Of a DNA stretch of 64,000 nucleotides, positions 47,333 through 60,359 are shown one piece after another. The stretch comes from Felis catus (taxonomy: Eukaryota). The notes under the pieces are model-generated. The model saw nothing but the letters and a program-made list of their open reading frames with translations. It ran no database searches and was not told where the DNA came from. The DNA is taken from positions 138,944,001-139,008,000 of the forward strand of contig NC_058368.1 of the NCBI RefSeq assembly GCF_018350175.1, in the 5' to 3' direction. A program made the position numbers and the translations under genes. The number at the start of each line of letters is the position of its first letter. The stretch's first letter is position 1.

Positions 47333-47990
47333 TGGGGCACTCGGGTGGCTCAGTCGGTTAAGCCTCTTTTTTTTTTTTTTAATGAAAAGCTAGTTCAAAA
47401 TTATTTTAATACAGCATTTTAATCATTATTCATATATTTAGCCAATCTCTATCAAGTTAAATAAAGTCAATCATCAACATAGCATGAAATCTGAGTGGCA
47501 AGGTGCATAAGGAGCTTATAATCATGTATAATAAGTAAAAAAAAATTACTCCAAAACAGCCAGAGCCCTATTTAGAAAAAGAAGGGGAGTGTCCCAGAAA
47601 ACCTTTTTATAACACCATTCATTTAACAAATTTGATAGTTAAAGTTGTCCATGTTTTCTTGTCGCCATTACTAAAGGCGTCCTTCCAAATACTGGGTCAG
47701 TACTTACAAATTATTGACAATTCCAAAACCTTTCATTTATGTAGACTATGTCAATCAATATTTACCTTATTTCAAAATAGAATAGTAATGAAAGGAGTAC
47801 ATGTTAACATCAACAATATATGCCTCCAACTCTAGATTTAAGTTCCCATCACGATCTCCCAGTTTGTGAGTTCGAGCCCCACATCAGGCTCTGGGCTGAC
47901 CGCGCGGAGCCAGCTTGGGATTTTCTGTCTGCTTCTCCCTCTCTGCTGCTCATTCTCTCTCTCTCAAAAATAAGTAAGTAAACATTAAAT
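47333..47990 (+). mobile_element. SINEC split in two (47333-47366 and 47822-47990) by a 455-bp insertion
   Basis: Head ggggcactcgggtggctcagtcggttaagcctc; continues caactctagattt...tcacgatctc...gagttcgagcccc. Confidence 0.85.
47367..47821 (-). pseudogene. Polyadenylated retroposed fragment (3'UTR-like retrocopy or orphan transduction) inserted inside a SINE
   Basis: T14 at 47367-47380; ATTAAA on minus at 47410-47405; flanked by gcctc direct repeats; the SINE resumes after it. Confidence 0.65.
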
Positions 47991-48902
47991 GGGGGCGGGG
48001 GTGTTCTTCCTAGCTTGTGAGCCTACTGATCTGCAAGTCTAATTGTGCAAGAAGCAAGCACCTCCTGAATACAGGGCAGCGTTTTGCCTTCATGTCTTTT
48101 CTCCATCAACAGATGTTAAATCACAGCAGCTCTCATGCTTGGGACATTCTGCAATTTTTTTTTTTTTACACTGAAAAGAGCTTGGGTAGTAATTACGAAT
48201 CTTAAGGCACGAACTTAAAAGTATATGAAATGTCATTTTTTTTTTTCTAGAACGGAACTTAATTTTTATTATTCACTGCTCCTTTGGCAGAAAACTGTTC
48301 TCAGTCACTGAAGGGATTCCCTCCCTCAGCCCCCTTCCCTTGCTCCCCGGGGTTTTGTCCACGTTCCGAAGTGCTTTTGAGGAGCCACAAGGTCAAGGAT
48401 GGAGGCACACCTGCCCCACCCCCACCCCCGGACGACCACCACCCCTTCTGATCTTCATCCGGTGGTTACCAATGAACTTGCCAGCCCCTCTCAGTTGCCC
48501 TCCATCATTTTGCTGCCCTGTTCCTTTTTGGAAACTCTGTGAGGTTGTATAAGACCCTTTCTGAACTCACCACACAGCCTTCTCCCTCCATGGAAAAGTG
48601 TAATAAAATCATATGTGCTTAAATATGTAAATGTCCTAACATGACCACAGTAACAGACATTAGAAAGGAGTCAGGTAGTCTCCTATGAATGCAGGATCAC
48701 TGTGAACACACATCTCCAAATATAGAATGACGTTGGCCACTCAAGGACCAGGACTCACATTACATCAGCAACATGGCTTAGCAAAATGATTATCTTGCCA
48801 AAATCCCAAACCAGACAGAGAAGAGTTGTCCCTCACTTCTCACAGTGGTCCTAACCCAGGATAATTCAGTTGGTATTAAGACACCACAAAAATACATGAA
48901 TA

Positions 48903-49105
48903 GGCGCACCTGGGTGGCTCAGTCAGTTGAACGTCTGACTCTTGATTTCGGCTCAGGTCATGATCCCAGGGTTGTGGGATCGAGCCCCACATCAGTCTCC
49001 ACACTCAGCATGAGATTCTCTCTCTCTTTCCTTCTGCCCCTCGCCCACACTTGCACACGTTCTGTCTCTCACTCTCTCTCTCTTTCAAAAAAAAAAAAAA
49101 AAAAA
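48903..49105 (+). mobile_element. SINEC
   Basis: Consensus match with poly-A tail. Confidence 0.9.
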
Positions 49106-49972
49106 GTAGGTAAATGAAGTGGGCAATTTCCACTTCTGGCCAAAATGGAGTAATGGAGACCAGATTTACCTTCCATCTGAAACAACGAAAACTAGACAAA
49201 GTGTATGAAACAAGGACCCTTAAAACACTGGGTCGTCAGGCAACCAAAGCCAACCTCACAGGACACAGTCCAAACTTACAGGCAGACCTATTCCCCCAGC
49301 ACCTCTGCTTTAGAACATTAAACCCATCCCCTGTCTTTGCTTGAAGGCACAAATAGATTTGCACTTAACTAAGTGAGGTTTAGCTCTTTGCGATGTTGAG
49401 TTTGATGCTGTTGTAGATAATTGTGGCCAAAAAGGATAACATTAAGCCCCGATGAAGCTCCCGGACTTCTGTGGTGACTGAATGATTTCTGTTAGAACTG
49501 GGGGGATTGAACACAGAACGCTGACCTGAGAGGTGCGAGCAGGCACAATGCACATCACATAAGCCCAAATCCAACCATAAACATTTGCTGAGCACCCACC
49601 ACAGGTCAGCTTTGCAGAGGCCAATAAGACACGTTCGGGGAACTCAGAGCCCGGTAGGGGGCGCTCTAGTCTCTAAATTCTTAATCAGCGATTAGGCCAC
49701 CTCCTATGTCAATTTCCTATGCAACAAAAGATAAAGATATCCCGTGGGCACCAGCTTGGGTGTTGCAGGGAGAGATGGGGAGCCCTCCAAGCTCCCCCTA
49801 ATGAAGCTGTCTTTGCTCCCTTTGTCCTACCCAGGCGTCACATTAATGCCCAGGACTGAGTAATGGGGAGCCAACCCATCCCGAATCTAGCCCAGCTCTA
49901 AAATTGCTTGCCAGGAATCAGCAGGTATTTTACACTTTCTACTTAAACTCTTGACATTAACATCCCCTATGC

Positions 49973-50140
49973 CAGTGCTTCTCAAACTTTAATGTGCATA
50001 CAAATTACGTGGGCATCTTGTTCAACCGTAGAGTCTTACTCAGAAAGTCTGGAGTAGGAACAGAGATTCTGTGATTCTAACAAGCTCTCGGGTGCCTGCC
50101 CATGCTACTGGGCTGCAGGCCACACCTGAGAGGCAAGGTC
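49973..50140. mobile_element. MER5-like hAT-Charlie DNA transposon
   Basis: cagtgcttctcaaactttaatgtgcatacaaattac...tctaacaagctc. Confidence 0.65.
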
Positions 50141-50481
50141 TTGCAAGATACAGTATTAAGGAAGCCATCTGTAACCACAGAATCTCCTGGAGACATTCCC
50201 GTGAGTGATATGAACCGCTCTTCAGCCTCGTGAGACGATGGCTCCTTAGAGGCGAGGTTAGCTTTCATTCCTTAGTTAAGGGGATCTGACATGTAAATAA
50301 ATATAGTGCATAGAACGTAAGAGAATGACGGACTCCCTGGGGAGGTCGGGGAAGGCTTCCGGAAGGAGGTGATTTCTGAGCTAGGTGTATAAAATAGGAG
50401 TTCAGTGGATGGAGAGGAAGAACAGGCACAGAGGGGTAAGTCTCTGCAAGGGACTCAAAGGTTAAACCGGGGAACATGTGT

Positions 50482-50709
50482 TTTTTTTTTTAACTTTAAA
50501 TTTTTTAATGTTTATTTATTTTAGAGAGACAGACAGAGCATAAGCAGGGGAGGGGTGAGAGAGAGGGAGACACAGAATCCAAAGCAGGCTCCAAGCTCTG
50601 AGCTGTCAGCACAGAGCCCTACACGAGGCTTAATTAAACTCAGGAACTGAATGAGATCATGACCTGAGCCAAGTCAGATGCATAACCAACTGAGCCACCC
50701 CGGTGCCCC
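50482..50709 (-). mobile_element. SINEC
   Basis: Consensus match. Confidence 0.9.
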
Positions 50710-51264
50710 TGGAGAATATGTATTTTAATGTATTTTATTGTGTTATAATTGAACATGTATTCTAGAGCATCCTGACTGCTGGGTATGCAGTCAGGTAGGG
50801 AAAGGCAGGCCAGAGCCAAGAAGATAGCTTTAATGTAACAGACAGTGAGGGTCTAGACCACGCTGAAGACAGCAGGGAAGCAGGATCCCCACAACCTGCA
50901 GATGTGCTTCAGATGTGGTTCCTGGTGACTTTGTCACGGAAGTGGCAGTTGGGGGAGTGGGAAGACAGTGGGTGTGGCTGTGCAGATACTGAAGTTGGGT
51001 GGGGCTCAAAGTCCGGGAGATGGATACCAGCAGTCTGAAGCTGGTGTCTGACCTCGAGGATGGACCCTGATTCCCACATGCATATGAAAAGGGGGTCGGG
51101 AGTTAGGGGGATGCGTCTTCCCAGGGAGGGTAGAGGTGCTGTGAGGCCCTGGCAAAGCCACACTAAGTGGTTCTTTGGCTCTGGGTGTCCTTTTCCATCA
51201 GCACCAGCACTAACAGCATCTGGTTGTTGTTTAATTTTTTTTTTTTTTTTAAATAACAGCGATG

Positions 51265-51709
51265 TTTTTTATTTTTTTATTTTTTTTAACATTTATTTAT
51301 TTTTGAGACAGAGAGAGACAGAGCATGAATGGGGGAGGGTCAGAGAGAGAGGGAGACACGGAATTGGAAGCAGGCTCCAGGCTCTGAGCCATCAGCCCAG
51401 AGCCAGACGCGGGGCTTGAACTCACGGACCGCGAGGGGCGCCTGGGTGGCGCAGTTGGTTAAGCGTCCGACTTCAGCCAGGTCACGATCTCGCGGTCCGT
51501 GAGTTCGAGCCCCGCGTCAGACTCTGGGCTGATGGCTCAGAGCCTGGAGCCTGTTTCCGATTCTGTGTCTCCCTCTCTCTCTGCCCCTCCCCCATTCATG
51601 CTCTGTCTCTCTCTGTCCCAAAAATAAATAAACATTGAACTCACGGACCGCGAGATAGTGACCTGAGCTGAAGTCGGAAGCTTAACCGACTGAGCCACCC
51701 ACGCGCCCC
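51265..51709 (-). mobile_element. Host SINEC interrupted by a nested SINE
   Basis: Halves 51265-51434 and 51640-51709; flanking repeat aacagcatctg. Confidence 0.9.
51435..51639 (+). mobile_element. Young felid SINE nested antisense in the host SINE, lacking a poly-A tail
   Basis: Direct repeat ttgaactcacggaccgcgag at 51416-51435 and 51635-51654. Confidence 0.93.
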
Positions 51710-52087
51710 AACAGCATCTGTTAAGATAAGGGTAAAAACGACATAGTTGTTTATGTCAGGCGCTAAGAAGGGCTGTGATAAGAACATCAAGCTTTTAAGA
51801 ATGTTGTAGCCAACATTCAGATAAGCATGGAGATTGTAACTGTTAAAGTATTGACCTTTTTTTTTAACTTGGAAAAGAGTCTCAGACTATTGACCATTGA
51901 TCTCTCAGAGTCTATTAAAACCTGTGTTCATTATGGTGTGGCAAAGCCAGTTACAACTGGTCAGCAATCAGTCTTTATGCTAATTCACACGATTAGGTAC
52001 TCCACTATTATTAAATGCAGATGACTTGAAGCAATGAAAAAAAATTAGTTTACTGGTTTTTTATTATTTTACTAATTTAAAAAAAAA

Positions 52088-52283
52088 TTTAATGTTTATT
52101 TAATTGTGAGAGACAGAGCACGAGCTGGGGAGGGCAGAGAGAGAAGGAGACACAGAATCCAAAGCTGGCTCCAGGCTCCAAGCTGTCAGCACACAGCCCA
52201 ATGCAGGGCTCGAACTCACAGACTGTGAGATCATGACCTGAGCCGAAGTCGGATGCTTAACCGACTGAGCCACCCAGCACCCC
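52088..52283 (-). mobile_element. SINEC
   Basis: Consensus match. Confidence 0.9.
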
Positions 52284-52405
52284 AGAGTTTACTTTTTTTA
52301 AAGGAGCCAAATCTCCTTTTCACAGCAAAGCCAGTCTTGTACAAATGATTATTCTTGCTGTTTTCTGTGTTATTTTCCAGAAATTCTACATACTAGGTTG
52401 TTCTC

Positions 52406-52407
<2 letters not shown>

Positions 52408-52445
<38 letters not shown>
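52408..52445 (+). repeat. (TG)n microsatellite
   Basis: Direct inspection. Confidence 0.95.
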
Positions 52446-52448
<3 letters not shown>

Positions 52449-53749
52449 GACTTATATATATAGCTGGTGTTTATTTCTGAGTTGTAATTTCAGTAATCAT
52501 CATGTGACTTCTGACACAAGTTATAGTTTGGGAGAATTTATTTTTATTATTAATAAGGGAAATTTATTCTCAAGATTGCATACTCTGAAATAGAAAAGAG
52601 AAGCAACATTTTATATGTCTTTCTTGATTCATGTAGGCTAAGAAAGAGATGCCAGCAATTCGATATAATTGACTGCACTCTGAGGCACACATTTTGTCTC
52701 TTCTGGTCAAATGAATCTATGTTTGTGATATTTATGCACAACTAAGTTGACATTGTATACGTTTCTTTTAATTGTTAAGTTTATTGCACATAAATTTCAT
52801 GAGCACGTGTTAGTATCCAAATGGTAATTTAAAAACAATAATCAGTTAAAACACTGTCGTTTGCATTCTTTCTTACGTGCAGAGTATCATTTCATTCTTG
52901 AGATTCTGTGTAGAAATTTTTTAAGGATTATGTCCAGTTACAGATAAGACTCCTGGAGTTTAAAAAGGTCAGGTGACCGACCTGAGTGAGATAACATGGC
53001 TGGTGACAGTAAATCTGAGACTCCAAATGAGGTTACCTGTTGCATAATGGCAATTGTATAAATATTCTAAAGTGAAACAGAGGTTTTTTTTTTTTTTAAT
53101 CGTTCAAAGAAAAAGAAAATATTTAGAGCTGGCTAGAAAAGGCTATAAAACAGCTAGTTCATCGATCACTTCCTGGGCACTATGGATAGAAATGAAACCT
53201 GGGCCACCTTGGAGCTGGTCTCAGCAGCGTGTTGCATTCAAAAGAAACACAAACCCAGCTCCAAAAACGCCTTGCAGCTTAATGTGCGAAATCTCTTGGA
53301 GAGGCAGCAAACAGGGAACCATACTGGATGACACACAGAATATTCTAAAATTTTTCATTTCCTTTATCTCAGTAGCTGCTCCCCTTAAAATTGTTCTTCC
53401 CCAAAAGACTGCTCTCAGTACCTTCTCCCTGCCCCCTTGCTGCCCCTTCACTGGCCACCGCACCCGTAGTGACTTCCAGAGTTCATTCCTTCCCGTGGTC
53501 ACTCCAACTCCTTTCCAGTATGAAATCAGTTTAGCCTCTCAGCTGTGTCCAAGACTCTTCCACAGTTACCCCCCTGGTCAAGATCATGATGGAAGCAGGA
53601 AGCTGTCAGATCCTCCCAGACTAAGGACGGTGAGGTGGGTGTGTGTGTGCATACACAATCTTCTGTTGTCCCCGTCACATAAACTTAGAGCTGACATCCT
53701 CTAGTGGCTTCCACCCCCTTTCTACAACCACAAGGTACTGTTTATCTAC

Positions 53750-53984
53750 TTTCTTTTCTTTTTTTTTTAATTTTTTTTCAACGTTTATTTATTTTTTGGG
53801 GGACAGAGAGAGACAGAGCATGAACGGGGGAGGGGCAGAGAGAGAGGGAGACACAGAATCGGAAACAGGCTCCAGGCTCTGAGCCATCAGCCCAGAGCCT
53901 GACGCGGGGCTCGAACCCACGGACCGCGAGATCGTGACCTGGCTGAAGTCGGACGCTTAACCAACTGCGCCACCCAGGCGCCCC
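53750..53984 (-). mobile_element. Young felid SINE
   Basis: TSD tgtttatctactttc. Confidence 0.96.
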
Positions 53985-53999
53985 TGTTTATCTACTTTC

Positions 54000-54380
54000 A
54001 TCTTCACTCCAGCCACACTGGCTGCCTCATTCATCCCCATTCCACACCAAGCGTTCCCCAACCTCAGGACCTTTGCACTTATGGACCTGCCTAGAAAACT
54101 TTTCCGTAGATATCACATGACCAGGTCCCTCCCTTCATTCACATCCCTGCTCCGATGTCTCCTGATAAGTGAGGCTGTCCCTGAGCTCCTGGCCTGAGAC
54201 AACAAGGTCCTTTCCCTCTCCATCCCTTCCTCCTGCTTAATTTTCCTTCAGCTTACTTCTCACCGCCTCCTACTGTGAGGAGAGGGAGTTTGTCAGTTGC
54301 ACTCTCTGCTAAAACCTTCGCACCTAGAATGTTGCATGACACCTGGTAAATCCTCAATAAATAGTTGTTAAATAGATAGC
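54000..54380 (+). mobile_element. LINE-2 3' fragment
   Basis: ctccagccacactggc...ctcaggacctttgcactt...cacctagaatg...ctcaataaatagttg. Confidence 0.6.
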
Positions 54381-55100
54381 ACTTGTTCTTCAAAATTTTA
54401 TTAGAAGGCTAATAAATCCTTCACTGAGTGAAGAATGTATTTTCCTTGCGAAACTTGACACTGATCATTGGCAGTCTCGTGTTTTCAAACGAGCCTCCGC
54501 GTCCTGTCTGCTCCTTGGCTGATTTGCTATTGGGTCTGCATGTCACATGTTGTGTCTTACCTCTCTTACCTCAGCTTACCTCTCTTATTGTTAGCATGTA
54601 AGGGCCAGGTTTTCCTGCCCAGTCTCCAGCTCCAGCTGAATCCACTAACAGAGCTGAATCACAACCTCTGACCTAGGCTGATGGAAGGTCAGTAACTTTC
54701 AAAAGCGTCAGCTGTCTGTGAGCCCCCAGGGCGTCGGCATCTTGAAACAGGGAAGATTCCAGGGGCCCTGCCTCTCCGGCATCTCTGAGGTCTGAGCTGT
54801 GGGAAGTGGCAGCCTGAGACCTTTGGTACCTGTGTCTCCCAGCATCGAGAGGGCATTTCTGGTGAGAAAGAAAACGGGCCCCAAAGGGGTGGGGATTGAA
54901 CACCAGCACCCGCTAACAAATTGCTGCCTCCAAATGGTGCCAGATGCCTCTCTCACTTTGCACTTACCTGGAGGCACATGCGAGGTCCATAGTGAACCAG
55001 AAGCAAAGCATCCTGCGCAGCAAAGCCTTTGCCCAGAAAGAGTCCTGGCCCTTTAGCTCGGCTCCTGGGATGTGATCTGTGTCATTCCTGATAGAAAGGA

Positions 55101-55296
55101 AGGGCTCCTGGGTGGCGCTCTTGATTTCGGCTCAGGTCACGATCTCACGGTTCATGAGCTTGAGCCCCAACATCAGGCTCCTCGCGCTGACCATACAGAG
55201 CCTGCTTGGAATTCTCTCTCTCCCTCTCTCTCTGCCCCTCCTGCACACGCTGTCTCTTTCTCAAAACAAATAAATAAACTAAAAAAACAAAAAAAG
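55101..55296 (+). mobile_element. SINEC with deletion in head
   Basis: gggctcctgggtggc joined directly to gctcttgatttcggctcagg. Confidence 0.85.
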
Positions 55297-55299
55297 ACA

Positions 55300-55830
55300 T
55301 TTTAGAAGTGTCTGTTTAGGGCAGGGTCTGGATACACCAGATCTTAGGGTGGGGTTAGCCACACCTGACAGTTTCAGGGTGAGAGCTGGCCATGCCAGAA
55401 AGACCAACCATGTGATTTAGGTGGGGGCCTTTGGCTGGAGGCTGAGATCAACCCCTGGATAGTCAATCATGCCAAGGTAGAAAGAGCCCCAACATCTTCT
55501 GAACACCACAGCTCAGGTGAGCGTCCCTGATGGGTGATGTCCCATGTGTCTGTCACACGGTGATGCCAGGGTGGTCGGAAGCTTTGCCCTGGCACCCTCC
55601 CCCACCTGCTCTATATTCTCTTCCTTTGGTTGATTTCAACCTGTATCCTTGTCCTGTGATGTAGCATAACTGGGGGCACAATAGCTTCCAGCGGCTTCTA
55701 TAAGTCTTCCTTCTAGTGAATTATCAAAACAGGGTTTTATAAACTGCCTTCCCACAACCTTGGACTTGGTGTCAGAAGTGAGGGCGGCTTGGGGACCGTG
55801 CCTTCAAACCTCACAGTCTGGCGACACTGG
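55300..55830 (+). mobile_element. MER21-like ERV LTR
   Basis: gctggaggctgag...tcaatcatgcc...gctcaggtgagcgtccctg...ctagtgaattatcaaa...gtcagaagtgaggg. Confidence 0.55.
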
Positions 55831-56076
55831 TGACGTCCCCAAAGCACGATGAGACGGGGGCCTTGGATCTGAGGTGTTTCAGTCCAATACCGTATGTATG
55901 CTCCTTCCTTCATGTCACTTTATCTTTTATGTTCACATTTCTTTACCTTTAAAAGCTTTCATAGAGGAAACAGACTTTCCAAACAGGGGAACAACATGTC
56001 ATTGGCACTTATGTAATATTTGTGTCACTAAGTCCCAAGAGACTTTAAAAATATTGAATTTGAAAATAATGTCCCA

Positions 56077-56301
56077 GGGGCGCCTGGGTGGCGCAGTCGG
56101 TTAAGCGTCCGACTTCAGCCAGGTCGCGATCTCGCGGTCTGTGAGTTCGAGCCCCGCGTCGGGCTCTGGGCTGATGGCTCAGAGCCTGGAGCCTGTCTCC
56201 GATTCTGTGTCTTCCTCTCTCTCTGCCCCTCCCCCGTTCATGCCCTGTCTCTCTCTGTCCCAAAAATAAATAAACGTTGAAAAAAAATTAAAAAAAAAAA
56301 A
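56077..56301 (+). mobile_element. Young felid SINE
   Basis: TSD gaaaataatgtcccag. Confidence 0.96.
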
Positions 56302-57754
56302 AGAAAATAATGTCCCAGCATAGTATGAATTCTGCAGCGTAATGAAGTCACCTGCCTGAGGCCTCACAATGCTCACAGCCAAACTGAGAAAAGAACATGC
56401 AGGGCCCGACCCCTCGCTGCCTCATAGCCCATGGTCAGGGCCGCGACATATTAACCTTAGAACACACTAGAAAGCCCATGATAACCTGGAAGCAGCAGGT
56501 GAAGGCACTGAACCAGGAGGAAACAGGGGAGCTTGTCTGCTTCAGGAAAAGTGCAGAAATGATGAAGGGGGGGCCATCGGCAATCCTGACCTTGAAGGGA
56601 TCACAAGGTGAAAGATGAGTCCCGGCCAGCAGGGAGGGGTAAAGGAGGTGTAAGGAAAGACGCAGAGGCACTTAGTAGGTGTGAACAAAGTGGGATGTCC
56701 TAGAGAAGGTGTGGAAGCATGGAGAGCTAGGGAACAAGCCCAGCTCATTCCTCTGGGGGGCAGGGGGTGGATGGGGAACCAAGAGCTGTGCTAAATCCCT
56801 TCTCTCTTAACTTTTCAGTTAGCTACACTTGACTCTCAGGTCCTTGAGCAGAAACTAACATTGCTTTGCTCTCAGCTGAGCACGCGTGTTCTTCCTCAAC
56901 CCGGGAAGCTGCACTTTGATGACGACAAATAGAATTCCAACCTTGAAAGTGTGATAAATACCTGGGATTTCGTATCAGAGCTCTGAAGTCAAAGGGGCTC
57001 TTAACTTCGATGTAATGACCTTTCCCACCCCGATGGTGAAGGACTGGGGACAGATGGGCGATACTCTGTCCATAACTGGACAGAGTGGATGCAGTGGAGG
57101 AGGCGGGGAGGAGCCCAAAAGCAGGAGGAAGTCACCGCGGTAACAGAGCAAGAAGCCAAGGGCGAGGAGACAAGGGAACAAAGGGGAAGGAGGCCAGAGG
57201 GAAGGGCACGTGTGCTGCATGGCCCACGCCGCATGCCCAACAGCCACCTCAAACCTTGATCTGACCCTCAACGCCGGGTGCAGCCCCAAGTCTCGAATAG
57301 TGATTCGTCTAAGCCGATTTTAGCAACCCCATCCCTTTTATCAAGGAGCGGATCTCGAGGCTTCCCTCTTGGCCAGGGGAGCTGTGTGACTCGATTGGTG
57401 CCCCTGCGTAAAAGGAAGCCGGCTGGGAGGTTTCCGGAAAATGTTTTGCTTGTCCGTTAAAAGAGATCCATGAGGCTTATGCCTTCCCTTTCTCTCTTCA
57501 TCCAGCCTCCATCGCAGATCACGATGCCTGAAGCTGCAGCAACCGACTTGCAGCTCTGAGGGGCAAGGCAGGAGAATCACAGTGACCGCAGCCGTGACGT
57601 CATTAAACCACTGACCTGAGCCAGCAGCTGCCCACTGCCAGGCATGTCGGTAGGTGAGGAAAGTGAGAACTTTCTTGCCGAAGCCATCCTTGGAGTGTCT
57701 GTCTTCCTAGCAGCAGCCCCAATACAAAGGTCTTATGCTAAGACAATGTCCTTC

Positions 57755-57996
57755 GGGGCACTTGGGTGGCTCAGTCGGTGAAGCGTCCAACTTCAGCTCC
57801 GGTCATGATCTCGCAGTTCGTAGGTTCAAGCCCCGCGTCGGGCTCTGTGCTGACAGCTCAGAGCCTGGAGCCTGCTTTGGATTCTGTGTCTCCCTCTCTC
57901 TCTTTGCCTCTCCCCTGCTCATTCACACTCTCTCTCTCTCTCAAAAATAAGTAAACATTAAACAAAAATTTTTTTTTTTGATAATCAAAAAAAGAA
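57755..57996 (+). mobile_element. SINEC
   Basis: Consensus match. Confidence 0.92.
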
Positions 57997-58095
57997 AATG
58001 TCTTTCAATTTTGGATTATTACCTTTATAACTGGTAAAATCGTATTTTAGATTATCACTAGAGAAATCTCAGTAATTTTTTTAATTGTCTTAGAG

Positions 58096-58208
58096 GGCAC
58101 CTGGATGGGTCAGTCAGTTAAATGTGCAACTCTCAATCTCAGCTCAGGGTTGTGAGTTCAAGCCCTGCATTGGACTCTGTGCTGGGCATGAAGCCTACTT
58201 GAAAAAAA
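58096..58208 (+). mobile_element. Short older SINEC
   Basis: Head plus aagcctacttgaaaaaaa; flanks attgtcttaga / attgccttaga. Confidence 0.8.
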
Positions 58209-58367
58209 GATTGCCTTAGAACTCATGCATCCCATCAAAGAGGCCTCTGATCCTCCTGCTCCATAAACTGCATTTGAGAGCTGAACCAGGCAAGAGAAGC
58301 AATTATGGCGAGAGTAAGACAGACAAGACATTGACTAGAAGAAAAGGGGCACCTCAAGAAAGTAAGA

Positions 58368-58595
58368 GGGGCACCTGGGTGGCTCAGTCCGTTAAGTGTC
58401 TGACTTCAACTCAGGTCCTGATCTCGCAGTCCGTGAGTTCGAGCCCCGCGTCAGCCTCTGTGCTGACAGCTCAGAGCCTGGAGCCTGTTTCCGATTCTGT
58501 GTCTCCCTCTCTCTCTGCCCCTCCCCTGCTCACGCTCTGTCTCTCTCTCTCTAAAATAAATAAACATTTAAAAAACTAATAAAAAAAAAAAAAGA
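58368..58595 (+). mobile_element. SINEC
   Basis: TSD aagaaagtaaga. Confidence 0.95.
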
Positions 58596-59579
58596 AAGTA
58601 AGAATGTGGGAGCTGGAACCTGGGCACACCCGGCCTCCCTCTGGCAGAGAGAGAAGAGAGAGAATGGTGGCAAGAAATCCATTTCTGCTCGGCCTCTTCG
58701 CCCTTCACGCCAGACTGCAGCAGGCTGAACCACAGGGAGCCGTGTCTGTTGGTGTTGGTGAGGGCGTTGTGCAGCAATTGGTCCCCTCCCTGGCTCCCAG
58801 CATGACAAGCCCAGAGCTTTCGCACAGGCCAATTGCACTTGTAACAGGCACTCATTAGATTCCCAGAGCATTATGGAAGCCGAATACAAATTGAAGTCCA
58901 CAGTCGTTGACCCCGAGAGTTATCCTCTGCATGGGAATAGGAGAAAACCACTAGGAGGCCAAGAGGTGGAAAAGCAAAGCCAGGGGGGGAAAGGAGCCCG
59001 TGCTAGACAAACCAGTCAGGTCTTCCGCTACCTCAAGAAGTCTTGCCTCTTTTAGTTCCGAATTTTGAAATGGAGTTCTACCTAAAGGAAATCCAACACA
59101 TAAAAAAATCCAAACCTACAAAACAAACTGGAAGATCGTGCACATTCTGGATGGAGAGTTCATTTTGCGTAGTGCAGGGTTTCTTCATGACATGAGCCTA
59201 TGCTTCGGGATTTGAACTCATCAGAATTCTTTAGCAGTGTGTCCGTGTGTAATCAGAACACCCTTCATGCGTGCAAAGTGCTTCGTCCTTCGCAAAACAC
59301 GTCCACAACATGCTTGCCCTCATGACCACTCTATTTAATCCTCACGGCAGCGCTGTCTTTGTGAACAGAATTGATGTTACTTTCAAAATCGTATGTTTTT
59401 GTTCAAAGAGCCAATCTTCATTTGAAAAATAGGTTTGTTTCCAGCTGATTGTAAAATTTGTGTGTGTTCGTTGCAGAAAATTGGGAAATACGGAAGAGTG
59501 GAAGAAAGAAAAAAAAAACCCTCCACACTCCAAAGAAAACCACCGCGATTTTAAGGGTTTTTTTTTTTTTTTTTAAATA

Positions 59580-59810
59580 ATCCTTTAAGTTGAAACACGG
59601 TTGACATACAACATTATGGTAGTTTCCAGAATGCAGCAGGATTTGGTGTTTGTATATGTTGCAAAATGGCCACCATGGTAAATGTAGTCACCACACATAG
59701 TTACACAGTTTTTTTCTTGTGATGCACACTTTTCAGGTCTACTCTTAGCCACTTTCCAGTGTGCAGTAGAGTATTATTAACTATGGTCCCCACGCCATAC
59801 AGTGTGCACC
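59580..59810 (-). mobile_element. Old L1 (L1MA-type) 3' fragment
   Basis: gttgacatacaacattat...tactcttagccactttc...tattattaactatggtc. Confidence 0.6.
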
Positions 59811-60359
59811 TTACATTCTCATAAGGTTTTCTTTGTCTTCGCACCCTGCGTGTTAGTTTCGCTTGGGCGTAATACCGGTTAGACCATTTTATTTTCTGCT
59901 CTTTTTTTTTTCGCCCAACGTAACGTGCATATTATTTCAGGATGTTCTTCCTCTTAGTGTCATTTTTTTCACAACTGCACACTATAATTTGCTTCATTAC
60001 TGCCAGTAATGAAATACTTTGCCCATTTTGTTTTGGATCACCCTGCCCGTGTCGTGCACACAAAAATCGAAAACAACTTTGCCATTATAGAATCTACCAA
60101 GCTAATCACTCTTCCTACTATTGAGTCTTTCCTCCTGTCATTCAGTCTTTCATGGACCTCCGTCTGTACACATCTTTGTCTAAAACTATGGCGAACTTTT
60201 TCAGGCTCAGTGATCAGAGACGGACCTGGTTCTCCAAAAGAAATGAATGTTTAAGGTGCTCGACTGCCAAAGTGCCTCTCCAAGCCTCATACCAATCTGC
60301 ACTCCCCAAGTCCCCACTCACCAGCACTGAGTGGGTGTTTTAAAAATATTTATTTATTT

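Noticed and set aside
53054..53704. 216-aa plus-strand ORF
   Set aside because: Non-ATG start, runs through a T homopolymer and degenerate repeat-like sequence, no domain or splice support
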